Source of the DNA: Flavobacteriales bacterium
GTDB taxonomy: Bacteria; Bacteroidota; Bacteroidia; Palsa-965
Direction of reading: 5' to 3'
DNA: 17,906 nucleotides
Assembly (NCBI GenBank): GCA_040377305.1
Contig: JBEIPA010000050.1
Location: 1-17,906 of the forward strand
Below the pieces are notes generated by a model. That model was given only the letters and a program-made list of their open reading frames with translations, ran no database searches and had not been told where the DNA came from. Made by a program: the position numbers and the translations under genes. This document shows, in pieces, positions 6,100 through 14,694 of the stretch. Position 1 is the first letter of the stretch; each line of letters opens with the position of its first letter.

Positions 6100-8238
6100 T
6101 TACTTCATTTCTTTCACAATATTCGCACTCTCATTCACCCAAATGTCTTTCTTCAGGCCAGTGAGGAATGCATCCTTCCGTGCAATTTTAGTTGAGTCGT
6201 CACCGATTGCAGTTTTATCTGCAGCAAGCATAACAGCACTCATGCCTTTTACCGGATCTTCAAGTGGCTTGAATGCTTTGTTCTCTTCCTCAAGCTTCTT
6301 AATGTTCGCAAGATAATCTGTCAGCAATAACGACTCCATGGTGATATCACGTTCGCGTTTGAGCTGCTTGGATTTCTGTGTGACTAATCCGAATGCTGCA
6401 CTTGCTGCTACACGGCTTGCGCTGTTCTTCTGGAGCTTCCCGTAATCAGGTGCGTTCTTCCACGTCGTGTAAGTCAACACCGGAACCTGGTCCCATTCCA
6501 TTGGGTAATCCAGATCACCTTCACCGTATTCAATGAGTGAATAATATCCCGGCAACTGAATGTCTGGTGCAACACCTTTCAGCTGAGTAGAGCCACCGTT
6601 GATGCGATAAAATTTCTGGATGGTCACCTTTACAGAACCTAGCGGCTTCATATCCGCTTCACCTTTCACCATGTTGTCATCGAGATCAAAGAAATTCTGA
6701 ACTGTTCCTTTTCCAAATGAACGTGAGTAGGTTCCTACAATCACACCGCGCTTGTAATCCTGAATAGCAGCAGCAAAAATCTCAGATGCAGAGGCACTGT
6801 TTTCGTTGATCATCACCACAAGCGGACCGTCGTACACCGTAGCACCGTCTTCATCGCCATAAGGACGAACCAATTGTGAACGATCTTTCACCTGTACAAC
6901 AGGACCAGACGGAACGAACAATCCGACCATCTTGATAACTTCCTGCAAGGAACCGCCACCATTGTCGCGCAGATCGAGAATAACACTCGTTACTTTCTCA
7001 TTCTTAAGTTTGATCAGTTCCTGCTTGATATCCTCAGCGCAGTAACGTCCGGCAGTTTTTCCTTGCGTGAAATCTGCGTAGAAACTCGGAAGCTTGATAT
7101 AACCAACTTTGCTCTTGCCTTGTTCGATAATTGCAGACTGCGCATACGTTTCTGCAAGAATAATTACGTCACGGATCAATGAAATCTCTATGACCTGACC
7201 ATCGGGCTTCTCTACGGTCAAGCGAACTTCTGTCCCCTTTTTACCGCGAATCATCTTGATTGCATCATCCAGTTTCATTCCAACAACGTCAACAGGCTCT
7301 TTGTCTGCCTGACCAACTTTGATGATTTTGTCTTCGGGCTTCAGTCGTCCGTCTTTCCACGAAGGACTTCCCGGAACAATGCTCGTGACTTTGATGAAGC
7401 CGTCTTTCTCTTGTAGTGTAGCTCCGATTCCCTGGAGTTGTCCCGACATGTTGATGTCGAAGTTTTCTTTATCAGCAGGCGGATAAAATTCAGTGTGCGG
7501 ATCATAAGTCGATGTTACCACGTTCAGGTAAATCGCCATACGATCGCCACGATCAACTTTCGCGAGACGCTGGAAAATATCGTTCTCCACTTTCAAGACT
7601 TTTTCGCGTGCAGCCTTTTCAAGCTCTACGTCTGTTTTCAAAGTCACTCCCGCTTTCTTATCATCAACTTCTTTCTTATTCGTTTTCTGCAATTCAGCGA
7701 AACGTGCCATCGTTTGATACTTGAGATATTTTCTCCAGTTCTCGCGACGTTCTGCATCGTCCTTTGCATACTTGTTCTTTTCCGGATCAAGTTCCACGGT
7801 TTCCTTCGTTGTAAACTCGAAAGGCTTTGACATTATCTCATTCACAATCACAGAATCTTCGCTGATACGTTTGTTGATAATAGCAACGGACTCGTTAAAC
7901 AAACCAAAGTTCTGCGACTTCACATGATCATCGATGCTGTCGTAATAATGTGTCTTGAGCTGATCGTAATCAGATTGAAGAAGAATCTTCTTGTTGTAAT
8001 CGTTGCGCTCTATCCACAAAGCAAATGCCTCATGCGAAAAATCGTCGTCGATATCGGTTGGACTGTAATGCGTCTGACGTAAGATGCGCATCATCGTCTC
8101 AAGGATCACTTTATCCTTCTTCGTGTCTTCAACAACACCAGGCGCAGGTTGAGCTGCACAACGGTCCATGAAGGTGAATGCGGTGATGCCAGCAACTACC
8201 GGCAATGCTAAAAGTGCTATTCTTATTTTACGGGTCAT
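6100..8238 (-). CDS. prc: Carboxy-terminal processing protease (Prc/Tsp, peptidase S41A)
   Basis: DPHT, PDZ GIGA loop, LDLRDNGGGSL, catalytic SASASEIFA and FGKGTVQ, KFYRINGGSTQLKGV.PDI; 712 aa with N-terminal signal/anchor. Confidence 0.95.
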   Translation of the reverse strand: MTRKIRIALLALPVVAGITAFTFMDRCAAQPAPGVVEDTKKDKVILETMMRILRQTHYSPTDIDDDFSHEAFALWIERNDYNKKILLQSDYDQLKTHYYDSIDDHVKSQNFGLFNESVAIINKRISEDSVIVNEIMSKPFEFTTKETVELDPEKNKYAKDDAERRENWRKYLKYQTMARFAELQKTNKKEVDDKKAGVTLKTDVELEKAAREKVLKVENDIFQRLAKVDRGDRMAIYLNVVTSTYDPHTEFYPPADKENFDINMSGQLQGIGATLQEKDGFIKVTSIVPGSPSWKDGRLKPEDKIIKVGQADKEPVDVVGMKLDDAIKMIRGKKGTEVRLTVEKPDGQVIEISLIRDVIILAETYAQSAIIEQGKSKVGYIKLPSFYADFTQGKTAGRYCAEDIKQELIKLKNEKVTSVILDLRDNGGGSLQEVIKMVGLFVPSGPVVQVKDRSQLVRPYGDEDGATVYDGPLVVMINENSASASEIFAAAIQDYKRGVIVGTYSRSFGKGTVQNFFDLDDNMVKGEADMKPLGSVKVTIQKFYRINGGSTQLKGVAPDIQLPGYYSLIEYGEGDLDYPMEWDQVPVLTYTTWKNAPDYGKLQKNSASRVAASAAFGLVTQKSKQLKRERDITMESLLLTDYLANIKKLEEENKAFKPLEDPVKGMSAVMLAADKTAIGDDSTKIARKDAFLTGLKKDIWVNESANIVKEMK

Positions 8239-8281
8239 ATTCCTTGTTGTTTCCTCTTTGAATAGAGGGAATTAAGTCAAA

Positions 8282-8289
8282 CGAAATTA
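8282..8289 (-). promoter_or_regulatory. Putative -7 box TAATTTCG for prc
   Basis: TAnnTTCG variant 43 nt upstream of the start at 8238. Confidence 0.45.
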
Positions 8290-8331
8290 CTCAAAAACTG
8301 AGCCATTTAGTCGTTAATACCTGTTAAGCTA

Positions 8332-8447
8332 ACAGTAGGCAGTAGGACAGTGGTACAGTTGGCAGTCAATATTCCGATTATAAACTCATTGCACCGCTCA
8401 TCATTTTTTTTGACTGCCTACTGCACGACTGCCAAACTGCCTACTGT
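8332..8447. repeat. Inverted arrays of 7/8-mer CAGTAGG-type units forming a 38-bp hairpin
   Basis: 8332-8369/8410-8447, 32/38 match, five units per arm. Confidence 0.85.
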
Positions 8448-8920
8448 AGCAGAGCGACAATTCCCGGATCACTCCAATCCAATCCACCCACATGATTAAA
8501 CAATTCATAGCCCTCATCATCGTAAATGTAAGTGGTAGGAATTGTGTTGATTCCTATTTCCTGCAAACGCTGATCAAGGCAAACAAATTTCATGGGATAC
8601 GGATGTTTGTTCAGAAAGTTCTGCACTTTTTCCGGCGAGTCGTCAGTGATCATCAGAAATACTACTTTTTCGCGATCGCATTGATTATAGGCTTCTTCGA
8701 TGGAAGGCATTTCCTGCAAACATTCTCCGCACCAGGTTGCCCAGTAGTTGACGAACAAAGTTTTTCCGCGAAGATCATTCGAATTCAAAACTGAACCGTC
8801 GAGATTTTTCAGCGTGAGATGTTCGACATCGAGATCGGGTGCGACACGATATTTGTTATACATCCAGAAAGCGAAAACACTTCCGATTGCAAGCAACAGT
8901 ATTATGGCGCGCTTATTCAC
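8441..8920 (-). CDS. TlpA/ResA-family thiol-disulfide oxidoreductase
   Basis: N-terminal TM anchor, GKTLFVNYWATWCGECLQEMP, IPTTYIYD; GTG start abuts the upstream stop. Confidence 0.92.
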   Translation of the reverse strand: MNKRAIILLLAIGSVFAFWMYNKYRVAPDLDVEHLTLKNLDGSVLNSNDLRGKTLFVNYWATWCGECLQEMPSIEEAYNQCDREKVVFLMITDDSPEKVQNFLNKHPYPMKFVCLDQRLQEIGINTIPTTYIYDDEGYELFNHVGGLDWSDPGIVALLQ

Positions 8921-9586
8921 TTAGTATGCTAAAGTGTAATCGATCCAGGAATCAGAAAAAGGATCGGGTGTGTAGATTGTATCGGTATAGCTCTGGTAAT
9001 TCCCATTTTTAGCAACGCTGTAATGGAGAATATGAGTCGTGTATCCATAGTACGAAGACCAAATCTCTTGATTCACATTTGTTCCAACTAAACGAAGGTC
9101 ACTGCTGCCGATGTACTGTTGTCCCCAGGGACGTTCAATATAAATACCACTGATCTCATCGAGTGAATTATATGGCGTGGAATTAAGAATGAAAAAATGT
9201 AGTCGGGACATCGTATGTAAAGTGACATCTGTTTCGTTGGTATTGTCGGTCTCGGAAATAGGAAATACACCACTTTCATAGGCCGAAGAAACTGCGGGGC
9301 CAATAAAAACAAAATGACGGGACGTAACATAACGATCCTTGTGCACCCCTTTCACCTTGAAATCGAAAAAGCCATTCTCATCTGTTGATCCACCATTTAT
9401 GATTGACTGGTCCTGTCTTCCATTTGGATGTTCATACTCCTCACGGATCTGAATAATTGCATTCTTGACTGGATATCGTGTATCGAAATCAACAGCAGTT
9501 CCTCTAAATCTGACTTTGTGGTTAACCTCAGTCCGGTTGCAGGAGCCGAATAACACAACTAGCGATATAAAAAGTAATATACGCAT
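8921..9586 (-). CDS. Hypothetical lipoprotein, paralog B
   Basis: Start moved to ATG 9586 (MRILLFISLVVLFGSC, signal peptide II), which removes the overlap with the upstream gene and leaves a 1-nt gap. Clearly homologous to 9588-10262. Confidence 0.82.
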   Translation of the reverse strand: MRILLFISLVVLFGSCNRTEVNHKVRFRGTAVDFDTRYPVKNAIIQIREEYEHPNGRQDQSIINGGSTDENGFFDFKVKGVHKDRYVTSRHFVFIGPAVSSAYESGVFPISETDNTNETDVTLHTMSRLHFFILNSTPYNSLDEISGIYIERPWGQQYIGSSDLRLVGTNVNQEIWSSYYGYTTHILHYSVAKNGNYQSYTDTIYTPDPFSDSWIDYTLAY

Positions 9587-9587
9587 C

Positions 9588-10262
9588 TCAGTAAAGAATT
9601 GTATCACTGAAAACAATCCCACCGAAAGGATCAACTACGTTCAGCGTATCGGTGTAATTCTGACTGACCGAATTCTTTGTTACCGTATAATGTAAGATGC
9701 TCGTGGTATAACCATAATACGTAGTCCAGATGTTTGAGTTCACAGCTGGTCCTGCAATCTGAGGATCGCCTTCTTCTAATTTTTGCTGACCCCAGGGACG
9801 ATCAATGTATATGTTGCTTACTAAATCATTCGCGTCGAAGGGAGTGGAATTAGTAAATGTAATTCTCCAGCGGCACAGCGTGTAAAGCTGAACGTCAATG
9901 TGGTTTTCGCGATCGTCGTAATCACCGAACGGCCATTGATCACTGTACTGCGAGTTATTAAAACCTCGTCCTGAAAAACGCATATACTGACTGTAAGAGT
10001 CTTTGTCTTTAATCAGCTTTTTCATTTTGAAATCATAGTCGCCATTGGCATCAGTCGTTCCCAAATCGTCATAGATTCTCGTCAACGTAGATCCAGCGAA
10101 AGAACCGTGATACATGTAAATGCTGATGCCCGCGTACGCAACCGGGTAGCGTGTAAATTTGTCTTCCACATGTCCATAGAAGCGCACTTTGTGATTGATT
10201 TTGTCCGGACCACAACCAAATGCGAGTACCGCAAATGCAAAAGCCAGAGAAAGGTTTCTCAT
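9588..10262 (-). CDS. Hypothetical lipoprotein, paralog A
   Basis: MRNLSLAFAFAVLAFGC lipobox. N-terminal G.V.D..T.YPV..A.I...GTTDANG.YDF resembles a carboxypeptidase-regulatory-like beta-sandwich. Confidence 0.82.
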   Translation of the reverse strand: MRNLSLAFAFAVLAFGCGPDKINHKVRFYGHVEDKFTRYPVAYAGISIYMYHGSFAGSTLTRIYDDLGTTDANGDYDFKMKKLIKDKDSYSQYMRFSGRGFNNSQYSDQWPFGDYDDRENHIDVQLYTLCRWRITFTNSTPFDANDLVSNIYIDRPWGQQKLEEGDPQIAGPAVNSNIWTTYYGYTTSILHYTVTKNSVSQNYTDTLNVVDPFGGIVFSDTILY

Positions 10263-10266
10263 GAAA

Positions 10267-12354
10267 TTAATAAGCTAGCAATTTCTCCATCGCCTTCGCC
10301 ACTTTCTCTGCATTCGGAAGCATTGTAGCCTCGAGCGTAGAATTCAGTGGAATAGCCGGGAGATTTTCTGAACCGATGATATCAACCGGTGCGTCGAGCG
10401 ACTGGAAACAGAATTTTGAAATACGTCCGGCAAGTGCTTGCGCAAATCCGTTGTTGTATGGTTCTTCAGTCACAACAAGACAACGCGAATGTTTTCTTAC
10501 GGATGCGAATACTGTTTCTTCGTCGAGCGGAACAAGCGTACGCAAGTCAACGATTTCAATTCGTCCCGCGAAATTCTTAGCAGCATTCTTCGCCCAATAC
10601 ACGCCCATTCCGTAAGTGATTACAGTGAGTGTTGCTTTATCTTTCGCGGCTTCTGCTTCGAGAACCATGCGCGCTTTTCCGAACGGAATGATGTAGTCTT
10701 CGTCGGGTTCAATCGTCTTCGCTTCTTCTGTGCCTTTAATCTTGGACCAGTACAAGCCTTTATGCTCAAGCATCACAACCGGATTCGGATCGTAGTAAGC
10801 AGATTTCATTAAGCCTTTCAGATCGGCGCCGGTTGAAGGATACGCGATTTTAATTCCGCGAATATTGCACAGAACAGATTCCACAGAAGAAGAATGGTAA
10901 GGACCACCGCTCCCGTACGCACCAATAGGCACACGAAGAATCATACTTACCGGCCATTTTCCGTTGGAGAGATAATTCGAACGGGAAACTTCGGTGAACA
11001 GTTGATTGAGCCCAGGCCAGATGTAATCCGCAAACTGAACTTCAACAATTGGTTTGCATCCTGCAGCCGACATTCCAACAGTCGAACCAACAATAAATGC
11101 TTCCTGAATTGGTGTATTGAAAACGCGATTGTCTCCGAATTTTTGTGCGAGCGTTGCTGCTTCACGAAAAACTCCTCCGAGTCGCGCGCCAACATCTTGT
11201 CCGTACAACAAAGCTTCCGGATGCTTCGCCATGATTTCCTGAACAGCGAATAGTGCGGAGTCAACCATCACAGTTTTGTCTTTGCCTTTCGGCTCCCGAA
11301 TTCCTTTTTCTTCTGTTACAGGAGTTGGAGCAAAGTCATGCAGGAACAAATCTTCCGGACGAGGATCTTCTGCCTGCAATGCTCTTTCGTAATCTTCTTT
11401 AACGTTCGCTGCTGCTTTCGCTTCGAGTTCGTTGAGTTCTTTCTCATCGAAACCATAAACGAGCAACTGTTTTTTCAAACGCGGATATGGATCTTTCTTC
11501 GCTGCTTCTTCCAGATCATCGCGGTACCATTCTTTACGAACTCCGGATGTATGGTGATTCAGCAACGGCACTTTCGCATGCAACAAAAACGGACGACGTT
11601 CCTTGCGCATGATTGTGAAAATTTCCTTGACCGTATCGTATGATTTGAAAAAATCTGTTCCGTCAATCGTACGCGTTTCTAATCCTTTGAAACCTTTCGC
11701 GTACTCCGTTGCGTCTTGTGCACGAATTTCTTTTGCGTGTGCAGAAATGTCCCACTCATTATCCTGAACGAGATAAAGAATCGGAAGCTTGCGCAACACC
11801 GCCATCTGAAATGCTTCGGCAACTTCACCTTCGGTTATCGAAGCATCGCCCAGCGAACAAACCGTCACCGGATTTTCTCCGCCGAAATCTTCTGCGAGTC
11901 CTTGCTGTTCCAAATATTTCACGCCCATGGCAACTCCTGTAGTTGGAATCGCCTGCATTCCTGTTGCAGAACTTTGCATCGGAATTTTCGGCATGTCATC
12001 GCGGCGCAATGAAGGATGAGAATAATAGGTTCTTCCGCCTGAGAACGGATCATCACGCTTCGCCATGAGCTGAAGCATGAGTTCGTATGGAGTCATTCCA
12101 ATCGAAAGAAGAATGCTATCGTCGCGATAATATGCAGAAAGAAAATCCTGTTTCTTCAGTTGCATACCCAGCGCAATCTGAATGGCTTCGTGTCCGCGTG
12201 AAGTCGCATGAACGTACTTAGCCGTCACTTCTTTATTCGCCTCGTAAATTTCTGCCATCGCTTTGGCCGTGCACAGTAGTTCCCAGGCTTTCAAGGCGGT
12301 AGAAACCGGAAAAGAGCCTGTTTTTGTGCGTTGTTCACTCACTGGAAGGGACAT
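10267..12354 (-). CDS. 2-oxoacid (probably branched-chain, 2-oxoisovalerate) dehydrogenase E1, fused alpha+beta
   Basis: GHEAIQ, AYYRD, DPFSGGR, TPP-binding GDASITEG...N, then beta-part GQDVG..GGVFR, RVFNTPIQEAFIVG, EVQFADY, GPYHSSS, EHKGLY, DLRTLVPLD. Confidence 0.93.
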   Translation of the reverse strand: MSLPVSEQRTKTGSFPVSTALKAWELLCTAKAMAEIYEANKEVTAKYVHATSRGHEAIQIALGMQLKKQDFLSAYYRDDSILLSIGMTPYELMLQLMAKRDDPFSGGRTYYSHPSLRRDDMPKIPMQSSATGMQAIPTTGVAMGVKYLEQQGLAEDFGGENPVTVCSLGDASITEGEVAEAFQMAVLRKLPILYLVQDNEWDISAHAKEIRAQDATEYAKGFKGLETRTIDGTDFFKSYDTVKEIFTIMRKERRPFLLHAKVPLLNHHTSGVRKEWYRDDLEEAAKKDPYPRLKKQLLVYGFDEKELNELEAKAAANVKEDYERALQAEDPRPEDLFLHDFAPTPVTEEKGIREPKGKDKTVMVDSALFAVQEIMAKHPEALLYGQDVGARLGGVFREAATLAQKFGDNRVFNTPIQEAFIVGSTVGMSAAGCKPIVEVQFADYIWPGLNQLFTEVSRSNYLSNGKWPVSMILRVPIGAYGSGGPYHSSSVESVLCNIRGIKIAYPSTGADLKGLMKSAYYDPNPVVMLEHKGLYWSKIKGTEEAKTIEPDEDYIIPFGKARMVLEAEAAKDKATLTVITYGMGVYWAKNAAKNFAGRIEIVDLRTLVPLDEETVFASVRKHSRCLVVTEEPYNNGFAQALAGRISKFCFQSLDAPVDIIGSENLPAIPLNSTLEATMLPNAEKVAKAMEKLLAY

Positions 12355-12421
12355 TTGGGAGACTTGTCTTGATAAACTGATTGCTCGTGAAGATAACGAT
12401 TCTGGCTGAAATCAAGACCGC

Positions 12422-12521
12422 GAAAGAGGGATTAGGGGACTAAGGGATTGAGGTATTTGGGCTAAACTTTAGAAAACAAAAGCCTAGATCCCCAATTCCC
12501 TCAATCCCCTAATCCCCTTTC
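12422..12521. repeat. Inverted arrays of octamer GGGATTAG in a divergent promoter region
   Basis: Left 12422-12463: gaaag a gggattag gggactaa gggattga ggtatttg ggct. Right 12481-12521 reverse-complemented: gaaag gggattag gggattga gggaattg gggatcta ggct. Confidence 0.85.
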
Positions 12522-12567
12522 TTAGCGTTATTGTTACCTCACAGTGTTCTCTACACACAAGACCTCA

Positions 12568-13137
12568 ATGTCAACCGAACCCACATACTCCCTAATCCGC
12601 AAAAACGACGCGTCTGCGGTGACGGTTCTGTATGAGCAGTACGGAAAGAAACTGGCCGGCTATGCAATCAGAAAATGGAATACGAGCGAAGACGATGCGT
12701 GGGATTTAACCTACAAGACGTTGTTCCGTGTGATGAAAACTGCGAACGATTATACGTTCGTGAGTGAAGAAAAATTCGGCGGATTTGTATTCACCATTTT
12801 CATTAACTACCTGCGCAATTTATTTCGCGACCGGAAAAATCAACCGGAGCTTGTTCGTGAGATGGATGAACGTTTTGTTAGACTGAGCGAAGTCGAAGGC
12901 GACAACGCGGAAGAACCATCGCCCGCTGTGAAACTCCTCAACGAAGCGCTGGACGAACTCGAAGACTGGGAACGCATATTATTATTGATGCGCAGTCAGG
13001 ATGTTCCGTATTCGCAGATTGCAGCCCTCACCGGTAAAACGGAGGACAATCTGAAAGTGTATTACGGCCGGCTCAAGAAAAAACTCGAAGCAAAGTTGTC
13101 CGAAAAAATGAATGCATTAAACAAACAACGCGCATGA
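12568..13137 (+). CDS. ECF-type RNA polymerase sigma-70 factor
   Basis: Region 2 LYEQY..KL..YA...DDAWDL...N..RN.FR; region 4 ALDEL...ERILLLMR...PYSQIA.LTG....NLKVYYGRLKKKL. ATG 12568 preferred over GTG 12544. ATGA overlap with the next gene. Confidence 0.9.
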   Translation: MSTEPTYSLIRKNDASAVTVLYEQYGKKLAGYAIRKWNTSEDDAWDLTYKTLFRVMKTANDYTFVSEEKFGGFVFTIFINYLRNLFRDRKNQPELVREMDERFVRLSEVEGDNAEEPSPAVKLLNEALDELEDWERILLLMRSQDVPYSQIAALTGKTEDNLKVYYGRLKKKLEAKLSEKMNALNKQRA

Positions 13138-14594
13138 TAAACGGAAACGAACATACTTCGGCTGAATTTGATCAGCTCCTTTCCATGGCGTTGCTGGAAC
13201 GAAACGATTTGTTTAACGAAGCAAACAACGAAACTATGGCACAACACGTTCTTAACGCGAATGAATTTGCGGCAACAGATAATGCAGAAGTTCTTCGCAA
13301 ACTGAAAAACGATTTTGCAGAAAAGAAATTCTATCTCAATGCACTGTTCATAGCACTTCTTTTTGGGGGAATAACTGCACTGATCCTCTGGAAGTTTGCT
13401 GGTGACGAAACTACGACCACGTCTACCAAAAACAATCCAACTTCAGGACCCAACGATCAACAGTACGTCCTGAACGGTAACAGCGAAGAAGGTCGCTCCG
13501 CAAAACAGCGAGATCCCGAAATGGTGATGCCGATTATTGCAGATTCAGTTGCTGAGGAAACTGAACTGCCGGAAGAAATTAAATACAATAGTCCGGTAAC
13601 GCACACACGTTCTTACAATCCGGAACCGTATGTCGATTTAGAAAAAGACATTCCCGTTTTGTCGAATGCTGTTATTGAAAACAACACCAAGAAGAAATTG
13701 GAGATGCTTCGCGCGGTGTTTAAAAAGAAATCTTACTCCTACACGTTCATTCCTGGTGGTTATGCATGGCGCAACGGACAAAAGCTTAGCGTAAACCAAT
13801 TCTATTTACAATGTGCCGAAGTTTCGAACTGGCAGTACAATGTTTTCCTGAATGATCTGATTGCACAAGGAAGAACAGATGATTATCTCGCGGCGAAACC
13901 AGTAGACGGAAACTGGAAAACTGTCGGCATTCCCGAATTCGAAAAGGTGTATGCAACTAGTAAAGGGTACGAGAAGTTTCCGGCGTTGAACATTCCTCGT
14001 GCAGGTGCCGAAATGTATGCCACATGGTTCACCAATGAAATGACAAAAGCCATTGACAATCGTGAAGTAAAAAACAACGATGGAAAACGTCCTCAATTCC
14101 GCTTGCCTTCTGATGTAGAATGGATTCGAGCAGCTCGCGGAAATCACGATAGCACGATGCAATTTCCCTGGGGTTATCGTGTGAATGCGCTACAGAATGA
14201 GAAAGGTTGTTACCTCTGCAATTTCAATTACGGAATTTCGAAAGACGTATTGACACCGATAGAATCCGACGGAAAAAATTGTATCAGCGAGAAGAAAACC
14301 ACGCGTTCAGTTGTAACCACCGCAGGTCGTGCAATCGATACACTCGTGCTTGGTCCGGAGTATTGTTACAACCCAACAGATTTCGGAACGTATTGCATGA
14401 TGGGTAACGCATCGGAAATGGTGTGGACCTATGATGCCAGTGCTCCGGGCACAAAAGGCGCGGCGCGTGCGATGGGCGGCTCCTGGAATTCCCATGCCGA
14501 CAATGTGCGCATTGAGGCGAAAGAACAATTCGTTGGAGTGACGGAGGGGAACGTGAATATTGGGTTTCGTCTTGTGATGACATACCCGCAGTAA
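13134..14594 (+). CDS. Putative anti-sigma factor with C-terminal FGE-sulfatase (SUMF1/GldK-like) domain
   Basis: About 65-aa N-terminal soluble part, one TM (YLNALFIALLFGGITALILW), low-complexity linker, then FYL...EVSNWQY..F, FRLPSDVEWIRAARG, FPWG, YNPTDFGTYCMMGNASE, GGSW, IGFRLV. Confidence 0.85.
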   Translation: MINGNEHTSAEFDQLLSMALLERNDLFNEANNETMAQHVLNANEFAATDNAEVLRKLKNDFAEKKFYLNALFIALLFGGITALILWKFAGDETTTTSTKNNPTSGPNDQQYVLNGNSEEGRSAKQRDPEMVMPIIADSVAEETELPEEIKYNSPVTHTRSYNPEPYVDLEKDIPVLSNAVIENNTKKKLEMLRAVFKKKSYSYTFIPGGYAWRNGQKLSVNQFYLQCAEVSNWQYNVFLNDLIAQGRTDDYLAAKPVDGNWKTVGIPEFEKVYATSKGYEKFPALNIPRAGAEMYATWFTNEMTKAIDNREVKNNDGKRPQFRLPSDVEWIRAARGNHDSTMQFPWGYRVNALQNEKGCYLCNFNYGISKDVLTPIESDGKNCISEKKTTRSVVTTAGRAIDTLVLGPEYCYNPTDFGTYCMMGNASEMVWTYDASAPGTKGAARAMGGSWNSHADNVRIEAKEQFVGVTEGNVNIGFRLVMTYPQ

Positions 14595-14627
14595 AAAAGG
14601 CGGGACCACTGGTGATCGGGACCGCCT
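14593..14627 (-). terminator. Probable terminator between convergent genes
   Basis: Minus strand AGGCGG...CCGCCT stem with imperfect inner pairing, running into TTTTTT. Confidence 0.5.
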
Positions 14628-14694
14628 AAGCTTCATGTAATCTGATTCCAGTTCCAATCATGCGACCAACGTCTAAAGTTGATTGCCAATGATA

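Noticed and set aside
9587-9634. Longer N-terminus for lipoprotein B as given in the ORF track
   Set aside because: It overlaps the upstream gene; ATG 9586 gives a clean signal peptide II matching its paralog.
13134-14594. Bona fide gldK or active formylglycine-generating enzyme
   Set aside because: No lipoprotein signal, no gldLMN neighbours, and the FGE catalytic Cys pair after GGS is absent.
14440-14630. DGR variable region in the FGE/CLec C-terminus with a downstream hairpin
   Set aside because: No template repeat differing at adenines and no RT or avd gene in the window; the hairpin is explained as a terminator. A remote target cannot be excluded without a genome search.
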